From the NCBI GenBank assembly GCA_964106915.2, contig OZ066921.1: a stretch of 64,000 bases of DNA; one strand, written 5' to 3'. The translations under genes were made by a program, and so were the position numbers. The notes beneath the pieces were generated by a model that saw only the letters and a list, made by a program, of their open reading frames with translations, was not told the DNA's origin and ran no database searches. Shown one piece after another: positions 50,196-62,750 of this stretch. Numbering within the stretch: the first letter of the stretch is position 1; each line of letters starts with the position of its first letter. This DNA comes from Podarcis gaigeae. Its lineage: Eukaryota.

Positions 50196-50871
50196 AATGG
50201 GGAGCCTATTCTGCATGCCCAGATTAGAGTCCTAAATCTGGCATGTGAAGCAGGCTCCCCACTCAACATGGTGGAGCCAGCAGGGGATGAAATAGTGAGG
50301 GCAGGACTAGGGAGCACAGACCTACTATGCCCCTCATGCAACAGCTATCACCTAAGCTACTAACTGAATGGGACTTTTGTAATTCAAGAAAAATAAAGAG
50401 ATGTTCTGAAGACTCTTTCATACACTTATATTTCTGTAGGAGGGAGAAGGGATGTGATTGCAACTTCTGGTACAAGTTGTGACATTAAAAGATTATGGAA
50501 AGCTAGTAGACACAAGGCCAAGTAAAATTAACTCAGAATTCTATGCAGAATCTGGATGCTTCAGAAGCCCAACTGGCTTCAGCTTGAAGTCAGGCATGTA
50601 ATGTTGCTGGCCCCATACTGTGGAATACTCTTCTAGCAAAGGTTTAGCAGGGATTCTCACTGCTGTTTTTCAGGCATCTCTTGAAGACCTTTTTATGGTG
50701 ACAGTCCTGTTCTGTTGTTTACATTTTTTTGAGATGAGTCAGTCATTTTAATGATTTTTTAATATTGTTTTTATGGTATTTTATTTTTTATTGTACTTGC
50801 ATATTTTGTTGTACACTGCCTTGATATTTATATGAGGGGTGCTCTCTAGAAATATTTTTTAAAGAAGGAAA

Positions 50872-50979
50872 GGGTTGTATTCAATGCTAGTCCAACTCAG
50901 AGTAGACCCACTGAAGTTAAAGGACATGATTAATTTCATTAATATCAATGGGTCTACTCTGAGTAGTTAGCTACAATCC
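50872..50979. mobile_element. Short palindromic MITE-like repeat
   Basis: Perfect 16-bp stem ACTCAGAGTAGACCCA (50895-50910) / TGGGTCTACTCTGAGT (50949-50964). Ends GGGTTGTA / TACAATCC. Confidence 0.75.
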
Positions 50980-51935
50980 AAAGAAACTAAGGAAGGGACT
51001 GCCAAGCTGCTTGTGAAAAAGATGAGAATAAATAGGGGTTTTTTAAGTTTTTAAAAGCAGCAAAATATTTCTCTTTCACACAAAAACTCACACACTTCCA
51101 CATTTTTATCAGAATTCTGTCAGTTCTAAAACTGACATTTTCCTTTTCTGATCACTTCTGAGATAGTGGCATGGGAATCTTTTTTATTTATTTCTTACAC
51201 CGATGAAAACAGCAGATCATTCCACAGAGAAACAGCAAGGACAGTTGAAGTCCTAATCCCTGACCTGCCTTGCCCTTTCCTAACTAGCTATTGACATTGA
51301 ACTTAAAAAGCTGCAGTGCTGCAGTGAGATAATGACTTCTGTTTCTTCTCAGTGGAAAAATGGGAAGTAGGCCAGGCTGGGCTGGGAGACCTCAGAAATG
51401 GTGCTCTCAAGGAACTGGTATATTTTAAGTCTCCTGATGCCTGAAAACTGTTTAGCAAAAGAAGGTATGGCAAAAAGCAAAGCAAAACTGAACATACACA
51501 ACAATGATTCTTAGAATGCTTCTTGAAGGGCAGAATAATCCTATCTAAGTCATACATATAAATGTCCCTGGATCTCAATTTACTCCAGTAGTGAACTGGA
51601 GCCAGGAACAATTGCCCAGGAGATCTCATGGCCTCTAAATTCAGCAGCGATAGAAGCAGTTGAAGAAGACCCCAATCATATCTCATGAAGAAGGAGGCAG
51701 AGTCACCTAACTCTAAATCTGGGAGTGGCTGCCCAAACCTTTAGAAGAGGGATCTGAATGTGATATTTGCTCTTACTGGCCCCCACCCCCACCCTGGAGA
51801 AGGCAAAAGACACAATCTGAGGACACTCAGCAGCAGCACAATTCAATCCCTGTGCCACTTTAGGAGGTGGGGAAGGGGCTCTGGCTGACATCAGATTTTA
51901 CTTGAGGAAATAAGGGTTCAGTGGAGCCCATACCT

Positions 51936-52575
51936 TGGTGGTTTTCAACCTGTGTGTCGTGGCACCCTGGGGTGCCTTTAATGGTGGTCAGGGGTGCTGT
52001 GGGCAACAATGGCCTCTTTCCCTCTTTCCTTCCCTCCCTCCTCTGATGCCCTCTTGCATCTCTGCCTCTCAAAGGCTTGCACAGCTGTTTGTTGCAGCAG
52101 CCTTGACTATAAGCTCCAAAGGCGGGTACTGCCTTTCTTGTGCTTGCTGTGTGCAAGGCCTGCCTGGGAGCTAAGTGCCCGGTGCTGAAGGGGAGACTTT
52201 CCGCCATGCAGGCCCAGCAGCGCCCACTGCTGCCATTGCTGGCCTCACGTTCACCTTTGGCCAATCTCTGTTGGGCCACCAAGGCTGGGGACATCCTCTT
52301 CCCAGGTTCCTGTGGGGTAGCATGAGGTGGCAACTCTCTTGGGGGGTGACGGGTGGCTCAGAGACCAGGGGCGGTGGTGGCGGCTGCCCAGAGGACTCCC
52401 AAGGAGAGGGTAGAGGAGAGGAGTCTGAGGGAACACTCCACAAGGGAGGGTGTTCCAAAAACAGTGAGAGGCTGCCAGCTCTGCAGGCAAGGGGTGACAC
52501 AACTGGGCTTCTGAGCCACAGAAAGAATGCAATTGGTCAAGGAAGCCATGGACTAAAAAAGGTTGAAAACCTCCG
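51936..52575. mobile_element. Non-autonomous hAT element (640 bp, GC-rich interior)
   Basis: Degenerate TIRs TGGTGGTTTTCAACCT / AGGTTGAAAACCTCCG, with TSD CCATACCT / CCATAGCT (7/8). Confidence 0.8.
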
Positions 52576-55025
52576 CCATAGCTGGTTCAGCTTCTGCTAT
52601 CCCTAGGAACTGTCCCAGGTCCTGCAGGACTTCAGTCTGACCAGCTGTCTGCCCGATTCTGCTTCCTATTACCACACACTGATGCCTGCCTGTCTGTCAA
52701 GAAGAGTTTCTGCCTATGCAGCAAGCAGCAAACTCAGTAAATGGGTAGAACTACATGAAGACCAGACACACCAGCAAAGAAGCCTCCAAGGATCACTTGT
52801 CAACAGTCAAGTCCCATTGTGTTTAGCTCTACACCTACACACAGGCTTTGCATGAGAGTTCCAGTAAGGAAGAAAACAGTGCCAGTATTTGAGTTTCCTA
52901 TCCAAATGAACAATCATTTGGATTGACAGATATTTGTAACCCTCATCCTCACACTGTCGGTCCATTCCCTAGAAAAAGAAAGCCAGCCACTGAAAGACTG
53001 TTCCATTACCAGAACCTTCCATTCATCTTTCTGATTAGCATAATTCATAAAAAGAGTAAAGGGAAAGAATCTTCTTTAGTGGATATTTAATCAGTGTTCT
53101 ATGAGCTTCATAAGCAACCTCTTTAAGACACCAGAAAATGAAACAAGACATATTTCTGGGGCTGTCAGCAGGTAGATCCACTGATTTTGCAGTAAGTAAT
53201 CTCTATGGGAGGAAGCTCTTGGCTCTGATGTCTGTGTTGAACATTCTGTGGCTCCCCCCAGCCGCACCCGGGCAGGTCTCTTCAGTGGGAGAGGAGGCGG
53301 TGATGATATTGCTTCTAACAACCAGACTGAAGTGTAGCCTGAGGCGATCTTCCAAAGCCCCCTCCAAACAGCCTCTAATTAATTTTTATCCTGCTACTCC
53401 AATGAGTCCCAGGAGGGCAACAACCAAAACAAAAAAATCCTCTCATTTGCTCATTCAGAAAAGCTTTGACGGCAGTTCTTCAAGACTGTAGAGCTCTAAA
53501 GAGAAAAATGGCACTGAAGTTTTGCAGCTGGATTTTCCTCCAGTTCCTGTTTTTTGTTCAAAGAAATAGTTCTGTTGTTTCTGGTGAACAGGTCAGAGTG
53601 TATTTCTCTTCAGATACTTAGAAACACTTTATGAATCCTTCTATACATGTAAGGAATTGAGTCACAAGCTTGGATTCTGCAATGCCACCCATCCAACCCA
53701 AAAAACTTTAGGAGCACTTGGGCAGAAGCACAAACAAGGGTACAGTCTGGCTGAGGCCCACTTCACAGATAGAACAGAAATGGTGACACTGTTCATGGAC
53801 TTTACCATATCAGACTGTAGGTGTGAGGGACCACAGAATGGATTGATCAATGTTCAATATATATATAATTCAGAGACTATTTAGTTCTCTGACATTTAAG
53901 GTTGCTCCAATTCTTCTTACTTTTAAGACGTTCTTCCTGATATGCAGATCTGCAAAGGAGATCAGTTTTTCTCTTCCTGGAAATCCCTCCCCCCTTTTTT
54001 ATATTTGAAAGCAGTGGTCTTATCTAACCTTAAATGTTTTTCTGCAAGTGGAACAAACTCTCTATGTCCAACTTCTCTCCACTTTTCCAGGAATCTAATC
54101 CCTTCATATTTATTCTTATTTTCTTCTGAGACTTGCTTGAATAATCTGAAGACTGAAGTGCAGCTGTCCTTTGAATTGACTGTCTGTGTTGATCTTTGGA
54201 AGGGTTAAAGTGAGTGGATGGTTTTGCATTGAGCCTCAAAATAGGCCTTGCTTTTCATTTTGTTCTGTCCATTTCTATTATCTACATTCTACAAATTCTT
54301 CCTAATATGTCTACCTCCCCAGCATGGCTAGCTGGGTGGATCTGAATGCTGGTGATCATTCACAACAATCATGGAGTGATGAAAGAAGGCAGTAGATGCC
54401 CAATCCCAGAATACATGGAGACAGAAATCCATTTCATTACCTCATTATAGAAAAGCAAACGACAAGTCAGTGCAGAATTAAGTAGAGGCTGCTATATTCT
54501 TAAGGGAAAGCAAAGAGTTTCATGAGCCCAAGAGAGGCAGTATCACACCTGCTTCGCACCTCTCCTGTATTTCAATTTCTTCCCTGACCAGTGGGGATAA
54601 TTTTGTAACATTACACCAGAACATCTTCCTTTCTATTTGACAAAATGAAACAGAGTCCTCAGGATTTTCCCACCCATTGCTCTCTTGGCTACTCTGCTGC
54701 AGTACTATTTCATTACTTATTGATTTTTCAACATGCTGTCTGCGTGGCTGTAATTTACACAGGTTCTGATGGCCCTTAGCAATTCTTAACACCTCAAGGT
54801 GAGGTCACGGAGTTCATCTAAGACAGTAAATGTAGACAACTAGAGTTTCAAGAAAGGATGACAAATTGGCAAACTTGGTAGCCAAATAGGAGTTGCTGCT
54901 AGCCCAAGGCAGGCCACATACTGAATTATCACTGGATTAAGACAAGAAATGAAGCAAGTTTGCACCTTGGTGTTACTATCCTATGTAGCCAAGAATGATT
55001 GGGAAAGCAACTGAGGAAGTAAATA

Positions 55026-55284
55026 CTGTATTTTTTTCTCTATAAGGCTCACTTTTTCCCTCCTAAAAAGTAAGGGGAAATGTGTGTGCGTCTTATGGAG
55101 CGAATGCAGGCTGCACAGCTATCACAGAAGCCAGAACAGCAAGAGGGATTGCTGCTTTCACTGTGCAGCAATCCCTCTTGCTGTTCTGGCTTCTGAGATT
55201 CAGAATATTTTTTTTCTTGTTTTCCTCCTCCAAAAACTAGGTGTGTCTTGTGGTCTGATGCGTCTTATAGAGCGAAAAATACAG
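55026..55284. mobile_element. Tc1/pogo(Tc2)-like MITE with a central perfect hairpin
   Basis: TA-CTGTATTTTTTTCTCTATAAG ... CTTATAGAGCGAAAAATACAG-TA. A 31-bp perfect inverted repeat lies at 55125-55195. Confidence 0.9.
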
Positions 55285-55559
55285 TAAATAGGCAGAACAA
55301 GTTCTAAAGGGCTTCAATTACAGAAGTACAGATGATATCCAAGCTTTAGGATAAAGGTCTTGATTGTAAGAACAGTTCAAAAATTGATCCAATTAGCAAG
55401 AGTGGCAGCAAGGGTGTGGGTGGACTCTTCCTAGCTGCATGTCTTTTATGCAGAGGCTGGGCTGGCATCTATCTGTTGGGTATTTCCTGCATCAACCAAG
55501 ATGTCCTGCAATACCCTCTCAAGTACTTATGACTCTATAAAAACAATTTATTTGTGCAT

Positions 55560-55980
55560 TGTTATTACATTTATATCCTAGGGTTGCCACACATTTGGAA
55601 TTTTCCAATCATTACTGGGATTCGGCCATTGGAAACATTGGGCAGAAATTACTTAAATGTACATGAAAATCTGGACTTTTGTGTCCAGATTTTCACTTTT
55701 TGAAATATGTCAACCCTATTATATCCTATCTTTCCTCAAGGTAACATACATGGTTTCCCCTTTCCATGTTTTCTTCACAACCACCCTGTCAGGTAGGTTA
55801 GGGTGAGAGACAGTGACTGACCCAAGGTTACCCAGTGCGTTTCATGGCTGAGAAGAGATTTGAACCCTGGTATCTCATGTCTTTGTCTAGCAGGCTAACC
55901 ATAATAATAATCATAATAATTTATTTATACCCCACCCACCTGGCTGGGTTTCCCCAGCCATTACATCACACTGGCTCTCA
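55560..55980 (-). mobile_element. MIR/CORE-like SINE carrying two nested insertions
   Basis: Body matches 25880-26066. It is interrupted by a hAT MITE (55579-55718) and by a short LINE-tail fragment (~55901-55960). Confidence 0.75.
55579..55718. mobile_element. hAT MITE
   Basis: TIRs TAGGGTTGCCA / TGTCAACCCTA, a perfect 8-bp TSD TTATATCC (55571-55578 and 55719-55726), and a 13-bp internal stem at 55664-55695. Confidence 0.9.
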
Positions 55981-56680
55981 CAAGTTGTATACCTTGAATA
56001 AACAAAATAATATAACTTGTTCCTAGTATAGAAGGACTAGTTCAGAAGAACAAAGAATGAAGCTTTGTCACACTTTAAAAACTTACAAATGTATTGTGAC
56101 AGAATGATTTCGTTGCTTTATTTGCTGCTACAGGCTAGCCTGGTTACCTTATTCCCTCCAGGATTGTCAAAATGTGTGGATCCAGAAAGTTGAGAAGAAG
56201 AAAGTATAAGCTGAGTCTGACAGAATTCAGAAGGGAAGGCTGTGGGAGAGTGAGCACGTATGCATGCCTGACACCTTAAGGTGCAGTATGGCAACTGGAG
56301 CAAGTCACTAGACCCATAGCTATGACTGGGGAACACCCCTGCAGGAAGAGAGGAAGGTGTGTGATAATGTATTATCCCATCGCCTCCAGTCTGAAGCCAG
56401 AAATGCAGGACCAACCTGGGTGAGCATAGAATGCTGAGATAGGCTTCTACAAATAACAAGCACTCCTAAGCTAGATATGCCTTGAAAATGTCTTGTATTT
56501 TTGCTCAATGACATTTCTTTCTTTCCCTTTAAGCATAGTTTTAAAATTTTCAAGCATCCAAAATTAATTGCAAAATATGCCACATTTGACCATGAAAATG
56601 ACCTTATGGGTCAGAGCTCCATTTGAACATGTGTTGTACACTCCTCACCACCAAGTATACAAACAGAGGCTCAAAGGTGT

Positions 56681-56826
56681 CTGGGATAGCTCAGTTGGTA
56701 AAGCATGAGATTCTTAATCTCAGGGGCATGGGTTTGAGTCCGTTAGGTAAAAGATTCCCGCATTGCTGCATTGTTGGACTAGTTTACTTTCATGGTCCCT
56801 TCCAGCCTTACACTTCTATGATTCTA
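56681..56826 (+). mobile_element. tRNA-Lys(CUU)-derived SINE with a CR1-like tail
   Basis: GGATAGCTCAGTTGGTAAAGCATGAGATTCTTAATCTCAGGG..TGGGTTTGAGTCC resembles tRNA-Lys-CTT. It is followed by GTTGGACTAG..GGTCCCTTCCAGCC..TTCTATGATTCTA, a CR1-type 3' end. Confidence 0.85.
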
Positions 56827-59800
56827 CGAAAGTGACACACTGACACATGTGCAGCCCAATCCTATGCATATTTACATAGAAGAAAGTTTCATCATTTGCC
56901 TTGTTGGTTTACCATGAACAAGCCTTTCCTGTCTGTTTGTCTCCTTCCTTCTAGAATGTGGAAGAAACAGACCACTCTCACATCCAAACCAAGGGTTGTG
57001 GGTTTATCTTCCAGCAAGTTATGATCTGCAACCAAGGTTTAATTTTGGCATACTGATTATGATTTGTTAGAAGCAAAAAAAACCCAAAAAAAAACAAACA
57101 AACAACTATGGTGTTTGAACATAATGCTAAGTTAGAGGTCTTGGTGTGTTTCTTTCATGTGCTAGCAGGGAGGAAACAAAGAAACCAGAAATCAATCATG
57201 GTTTACCATGAAATGCACACTGGGCCACTTGGTGCAATCGGGCTTACTCCCAAATAACTGTATATGCCTTAAAATAACATGCTAGCAATAAAATTGTCAT
57301 GGTACACACACATTCTAAGCCTAACAATAAGGTTCTAGTAGTCATTGCATGAAGAAAGTAAATGTTATCATTCTCACATTAAAAGGAAGTTAATTATATT
57401 CATACTCAATTACTGGCAGCATTTTGACATACTTGAATCCAAACTACATTTTCAGTGCTGCACAATTTTGATAGGGCAACACTAACATTTCTTGACATTT
57501 TAATTTTTGCTGAGCCACCAAGGTACAATGCTTTGACTGTTCATTTCATTTCACATATATATTTATTTATTTATACATTCATTATGACTTGTGATATTCA
57601 AGTTTGTGTGAATAATACCAGGAAAAGATACTATTCTAAAAATCAATATGCTGAAAGTGCTGTTTTAGGGCTGCTGTAGTTGTTTGTTGTTTTTCTGAGT
57701 TATTCCTATTGACCTGAGTTCAAAAACAAGGTATTGATTTATAAAGTACCTTCAGTAAATAAATGCACATTCTTTCAGCTAACCCTAGTAACTAGTCACA
57801 TACTGAACAGGGCTTCAGCTCAGCTTACTGGTTGTGTTCAGAGTTCACTCTAAAAGCCACCAGACTCTGGGAAATAAAGGATAACCAAGAGAGAGTATCA
57901 TTACTTGTGAAGTAATAGTTTTGGGGCACCAGTATTTTTGGTCTATAAGAGGCGTGTGGGGGATTGTAAAACACCATTAGTAACAGATAGTGACTGATAT
58001 TGGCCATAGGTAATATAATGATGCCTTCAGACAACTAAACAGCCTGTATTTATTTCTCAGTTTAGCTGCTGGTCACTAGAAAGTATGGAACCCCCCACCC
58101 CACCCCGTCTAGGCATCTTCTTTCTCTTTGGTACCACACCATTTCTTCAAGTCTTCAGGTCAAATTCCTGTTAAGCCTAATGCTTCAGGACTGCAGCAGC
58201 CATGCTATTTATCAGTCATGGATTATATAGTCCACATCAGGCCTACAAGATGTCAAGCCTTCTCTCAGTCATTCTTCTGTGACCTAGGAGTAAAATAGGT
58301 GATAGTACTTCATATGGGAACATGAATGGCTCTTCTGGTAACATATTCTGCCCCCTACCTCATCTTTTGTACAATTTTATATTATTGCACATTAATGTTT
58401 GGTGTCCATTTGTGGATTATGATTAGATGCACTCACACTGACCAGCAGGGTGTGCTCTCAGAGCAAAGCCAGCTATTCCTTGGCTCCAGATTAAATGAAG
58501 CAGACCCTCTGAAATTTCAGTGCCCTCCAAAGGGTAGGTGGAACGCTTTCAAATTCCCTCCTACAATAGCTCACTAAATGGCAATAATATATAACAAGTA
58601 ATTCCAACAAATTTATTTATTTACAGTATGAACAGGCTGCCCTAAAACAAGGTCTCACAACAAGAAATAATACCATTTAAAATTCAGTAACAATGGGGAA
58701 AAACAGCAAAATTTTTGAAGTGTTTCCCCCCTCAAAGGTAAATTATTTGTCAGAGACTACAGACTTGTTTAGATGGTGTGCCTCATTATATGTAGTATAC
58801 TGCCCTCCCTAATCCCCAATGAGAAAATCTGAATTAATAAAATGCTACTCAGCTGAGTGGCTCAGCTTATTTCCACATATTTCCAAATCAAGATGTTTCA
58901 AAATCCAGTAACTGATATAGAGAAAGCTTCAAATATCCCCTAAAATGAATCTTATCTTTATTTTATCCACATCAATTACTTTTTTGAAATCCATTTGCAT
59001 TTGAACAATGTTCCAGAGTGCTTGGTGCTACTGCGGTGTCCAACCAGACATTTGTTGATTTGGTGAGGTATACAAATAACAATAATTAAATAAATATATA
59101 TGAACATTGGCTTGACAAGTTGTCTCAAATCTCCATTTCCAACTAGCTTTCAGATGCTCTTTCTTCTGCTTTAAAAGTTTCAGTTTTGCATTATTATTAA
59201 GTAATTAATCACTTTAAACAGTGAGGTCCCAAGCAATATTAAAACAACCATAACCTAAAGATAATCACACACTAAAACATTTTTAACTCCCCTGCACACC
59301 ACTGTACAAAATGAAGGAAGGAGCTATGAGGAAGCCTTCCCCAGGCTAATCTCCACTTCCAACACTACCAGGTTTCTTGTTGCTTTCTTTTTGGCTCCCT
59401 CTCTAAATCCCCAGCAGATGCAAATATCCACTCTCACTGCATATTGTGCTGCTTCATAAATCCAAGCCTTCACAAGCAGTTGCCACTAGCCTTTTTGTTC
59501 AGTCAGGGAATTGTGCTTGTTCCAGCTCTGTGCTGAGCAGGACCTGACTTGCCAGCTACGCTGGATGTGTCTATCAGGGTATTAGGGCAACCACTGTGCA
59601 CCTATAGCAAGAAGGTGCTCTGCCAGATTCCACACACACCCTTGTTTAGATTGGGTGAATCTAATCAGATAAGCCATCCAAGAACAGAACTATCACACTT
59701 GTGTTCAAATGCCACATCCTACTTTGTGGTGTTCCAGGAACAGTTTGTCAGGGCACCTGGCCTCCTCATGCTGGGACTACATCAAATGTCCCTATATTAT

Positions 59801-60222
59801 GCACTATCTCCCTCAAGCCCTCATGTGCACTGATGCTGGGGAAGGAAGAAAATAATGAAATGAGACTTTGCTTCGGTTTCATAGGTAATACTGTAGCCAT
59901 CCACCTCTCTCCCCTGAGGTGTAAGTGGGTCCAGCAGCCCTTGGCTAGATGAGTCCTATCGATCTAAGAGGCTCTGTGTCATTTCCAGGGGATTTGCTAA
60001 AGAAGCTACTTATGTCCCTTTTTCATTTTCACCAACTCATTACCAGCTGCTTCTGCCTTGTGTATTTCAGCAACACCTGCAGGAATGAAGCCCGCTCCCA
60101 GTCCTTTTTATCCAATTTTGATTCAGATACCCTTAATTAAAAGCAAGACAACAGTTCGCTTGACAATTGGCAGGGAAAGCTGGAGTCAGCTCACACTGGC
60201 ATATGAGACTGGGGAAGAGGAG

Positions 60223-60278
<56 letters not shown>

Positions 60279-60280
60279 TC
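60223..60280. repeat. (CTTT)n microsatellite
   Basis: About 14 perfect units. Confidence 0.97.
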
Positions 60281-61629
60281 CCCTGCTCCCAGGTTCCCAG
60301 TTCCAGATTAAGCAACTGATCCCTGGCTTAACTTTTAAATTAAGACTATTGTAAATTTTGGAACTTGAGAAGCGAGAGGACCCCCATGAACCTTGCAAAT
60401 ATCAAGTGCCTCTTGATATTGGTTACTTTCCAAAGGTAGCTGCTAGGTTACAATGTGCTATGGGAATGAAAAGGGCCCACTATGTCCACCCTGTAGGATT
60501 TCAGTCAATACACATAATATTATCAGACTTTGACAGGATTAAAGATTGCTTCTTTTTCAGCCTGAAAATACAGCAGTTTCAGCCAGGCACAGAAGATGCC
60601 ACCTTGTCTTCCTTAAGGAAGACAGGAAACCTAAGTACTGGATGGAAGACTGAAAAGCCCTTTTCAGTGGCTTCCCTGGCAGTGAGCATACCTTTCCATC
60701 AAGTACTTTCCAAATGGCTAGTTTTAAACAGTTTACAAGAGCTGCTCAGATGGATGTTATTGGCATCTTTTCTTTTACTGGTAACTTTTCTTGATGCAGC
60801 AAAGATTTCACCTGGATTTCTAGCTGCTTTACCTTGTCTAAAAGGTAGAAATGAAATGCCATTTTGTACAGTTTACAGGTCAAAACTACTAACAGAGAAG
60901 AATTGTCAAGATTTTCCACATTTCTAGGAAGTTCCCGAGAAAAGACAGGTTCTCTCTTTACACACATGCAACATAGCTGAACACAGCTGAGGAAATATGG
61001 GTGGCTCTGACAAGAAAAAAGTGTGTGATTCAGTTTAAGCAACACTTCAAAATACGTATAAATACTGAATTAATACACTGCTGGTGAGGTTTGATCTAAG
61101 ACTGCAATTTGCATTGGACAGCCTGCCTGTGTGTAATGCCTTCATAAGAGTTTTATCTGAGAGAAGGGCACAAAAGCACCTTATCACCACTCCAAATGCA
61201 GGCTTTTGCCCTTCCTTGCTTGCTTGGTGTTTGTAGAGACATTTGAAGAAGTCTTAAAGTTCTGTTGGTTATAATGTGCTTTCCATTAATTAATTTTAAT
61301 GAAAGATTATTCAATACCATTTTCATTTATTTATCATCTTCATTTATACTCCACAGAAATAGGTTCATTCGGGGTGTAAAGAGACTTATGTTTATTAACA
61401 GAGGCATGGCAGGCAGAAATTCAACAAATGAAGCATAGTGATGCACGGTAGAGGAATACACACTTCACCTTTAGAATGTCTGACTAACATGCAACTATAG
61501 CGTCCTTGTCAGGAGGAGAGGTGACCATCCCAAAGGCTTTTGCAAGTTAAATTTTAAACTCATAATATACAACTACAAATCCAAGTAGTCACATACACAC
61601 CCACATCAAATTCCTGCAAGCAGCTGAAT

Positions 61630-62527
61630 ATATTTATTTACTCATATATTTAAATGTTTCCATTCTGCCCTTCAATCATATATTTGTAGGGCAAATTAAA
61701 ATAGCTTGTAAATCACAATAAAACAGTAATAAAGTAACAAGTGACAACTGTAAAAGGTGGTATTAAAAATAACCAGACCAGAAATAAAAATATATCAAAG
61801 GTTAAAAACCTGTGAAAATAAGAATGCCTTTGCCTAGTGCATTAAAGCACAGATGTCAAGTTAGTCTGCATGAGGAGAGAATTTCACAAGCATAGTGCCA
61901 CAACCCAAAAGGCCCTCTTGCCCATAGCCACCTTCCGCACTTGAGGCAAGTTTTAGCGTATGTAAAGCTGATAAAGAGGAAGGCGTAACATTGACGTCCA
62001 TGTCCGAGGCCATATACGGTTCTGAAGCTAGTCCGACAAGAAGTTAGCAAAGCTATCTGGCACAATGTGTTTCTAACACTTGTTCCCAGTTAGTAGCTGA
62101 CAGTAGCTGTGTTTTGAACTAACCGCAGTTTCCACACAGTCTTCAAAGGCACCCCATACTCACTGCAGTAGTCTTAACTGGAAATTACCAGAACATGGGT
62201 ATCTGTAGCCAAGCTCTTTCTCTCCAGGATCACAGCTCATGTATCAGCCTTGGCTGGTAAAAGGCCCTCTTGTGCCACTTAGATCTCTAGCAACAGAGCT
62301 GGAGCAATCCCTAACTGCAAATCTAATCCTTTAGCGGGAGCGATCTGGAACCTAATTCAGGACAGGTTGGATATAATACCACTTCCATGGACAGTACCCA
62401 CCACCAGTACTTCCATCTCATAAAGACTAAGTTTCCTGGTCCATTGCTGCCTTGAGGCAACGAGTCAGCATTTCTATTGCTTCATCTGAATCTGATATAA
62501 AGGAGAGCTAGAGCTGAAGGTCATCTC
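61630..62527 (-). mobile_element. Decayed L2 LINE 3' part
   Basis: Minus strand AGATGACCTTCAGCTCTA (DDLQL) at ~62510-62526, CAGTAGTCTTAACTGGAAATTACC (the 'VISRLDYC' region), and an A-rich UTR with a TATTTATTT tail. Confidence 0.7.
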
Positions 62528-62540
62528 TAGTTATGACTGA

Positions 62541-62750
62541 GGGCTTGTCCACACCTCCACTTGTCTTGCTGCTTTCTCCCAGGAAAACCTGCTGTTTACT
62601 GATGAATCAGAACAAATGTCAATAGGTTTTTCTGTGGATTGACATTTGTTCTGATTCAGTGGTATACTGTGGGTTTTTCCAGGGAAAACAGCAGGACAAA
62701 TGAAAAACCGCTTTTACCTGTGCCTAGAAAGCACAGGATAAGTGGAAAAC
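62541..62750. mobile_element. PIF/Harbinger-like palindromic MITE (family of 37707 and 37995)
   Basis: Starts GGGCTTGTCCACACCTCCACTTGTC and shares TGCCTAGAAAG and AGGA.AAGTGGAA with the 37.7-38.2 kb elements. It has a long internal hairpin. Confidence 0.7.

Noticed and set aside
53138-53491. Possible exon (117-aa ORF, GTAAGT at ~53190, a few CpGs)
   Set aside because: No clear acceptor-donor pair and no recognisable peptide. The evidence is insufficient.
56681-56750. Functional tRNA-Lys gene
   Set aside because: The B box and stems are mutated, the acceptor stem is broken, there is no oligo-T terminator, and it continues into a CR1-like tail. It is a SINE.
60358-60927. 189-codon open frame in unique DNA
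   Set aside because: It starts at TTG and shows no domain similarity I recognise and no convincing splice or promoter context. One such frame in 64 kb over six frames can occur by chance. RNA-seq or tBLASTn would settle it.
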